NCBI GenBank assembly: GCA_964013405.1
Contig: CAXGWI010000115.1
Coordinates: 1 to 11,350 of the forward strand
Direction: 5' to 3'
DNA from: an uncultured Myxococcales bacterium
Lineage (GTDB): Bacteria; Myxococcota; UBA4151
Length of the DNA stretch: 11,350 nt
Part shown: positions 11,167 to 11,350 of the stretch, piece after piece
Layout: each line of letters opens with the position of its first letter
How positions within the stretch are numbered: the stretch's first letter is position 1
Made by a program: the position numbers and the translations under genes
The notes under the pieces: generated by a model
The model's database searches: none
What the model was told of the DNA's origin: nothing
Seen by the model: only the letters and a program-made list of their open reading frames with translations

Positions 11167-11350
11167 TTACCGCACCCAAAGGTTAAGGCTATAGGCTTGG
11201 CTGTTGGGACCGGCATCGTTGCCACCGAAATCGACCCGGGTGTTACAACCACTGCAGTTGCTACCAAACTGGGCGTCGTTCGCCTCCGTGAGGCCGATGC
11301 CATGATCGGCCCGCTCGCAGTTGTCACCGCCGCCACCGATCATCATGACC
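11167..11350 (-). CDS. C-terminal 60 aa of an upstream gene, probably ending in a fibrinogen-like or related extracellular domain (partial)
   Basis: Manual translation from 11349 gives VMMIGGGGDNCERADHGIGLTEANDAQFGSNCSGCNTRVDFGGNDAGPNSQAYSLNLWVR*, with TAA at 11169-11167. The end NLWVR* parallels NVFVR* of the next gene, and the stop lies 4 nt before that gene's ATG. Confidence 0.8.
   Translation of the reverse strand, partial: VMMIGGGGDNCERADHGIGLTEANDAQFGSNCSGCNTRVDFGGNDAGPNSQAYSLNLWVR

Noticed and set aside
11163..11336. N-terminal 58-aa extension of the 945-aa ORF (start at 11336)
   Set aside because: It overlaps the upstream gene's 3' end in another frame and would bury the lipoprotein signal. 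The paralogue supports the ATG at 11162.

Overview
GC-rich bacterial window that looks like Myxococcota or a related Deltaproteobacterium; this is inferred only from the gene families. The minus strand carries, in transcription order: the C-terminal 60 aa of a gene entering from the right edge (11167..11350), a lipoprotein with 19 Cys-rich CGDG..CDDGN repeats and a distal fibrinogen-like YCDxxxxGGGW head (8499..11162), and an MscS-family channel (7416..8486). Further left are a 4-TM membrane protein (1008..1460) and a second, collinear Cys-rich repeat lipoprotein running off the left edge (1..790). In the middle, on the plus strand, is the most unusual gene, about 1940 aa (1597..7419). It has a signal peptide, a Cys-containing ectodomain, about 7 TM helices, a STAND-type P-loop NTPase with several degenerate motifs, and a tandemly duplicated ~390-aa helical TPR-like C-terminus, with no recognisable enzymatic or HTH effector. 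It reads as a receptor-like, membrane-spanning NLR/STAND protein sitting among stalk-plus-variable-head surface lipoproteins. No RNA genes, CRISPR arrays or mobile elements were seen. All family assignments come from motif recognition by eye, not from database searches.
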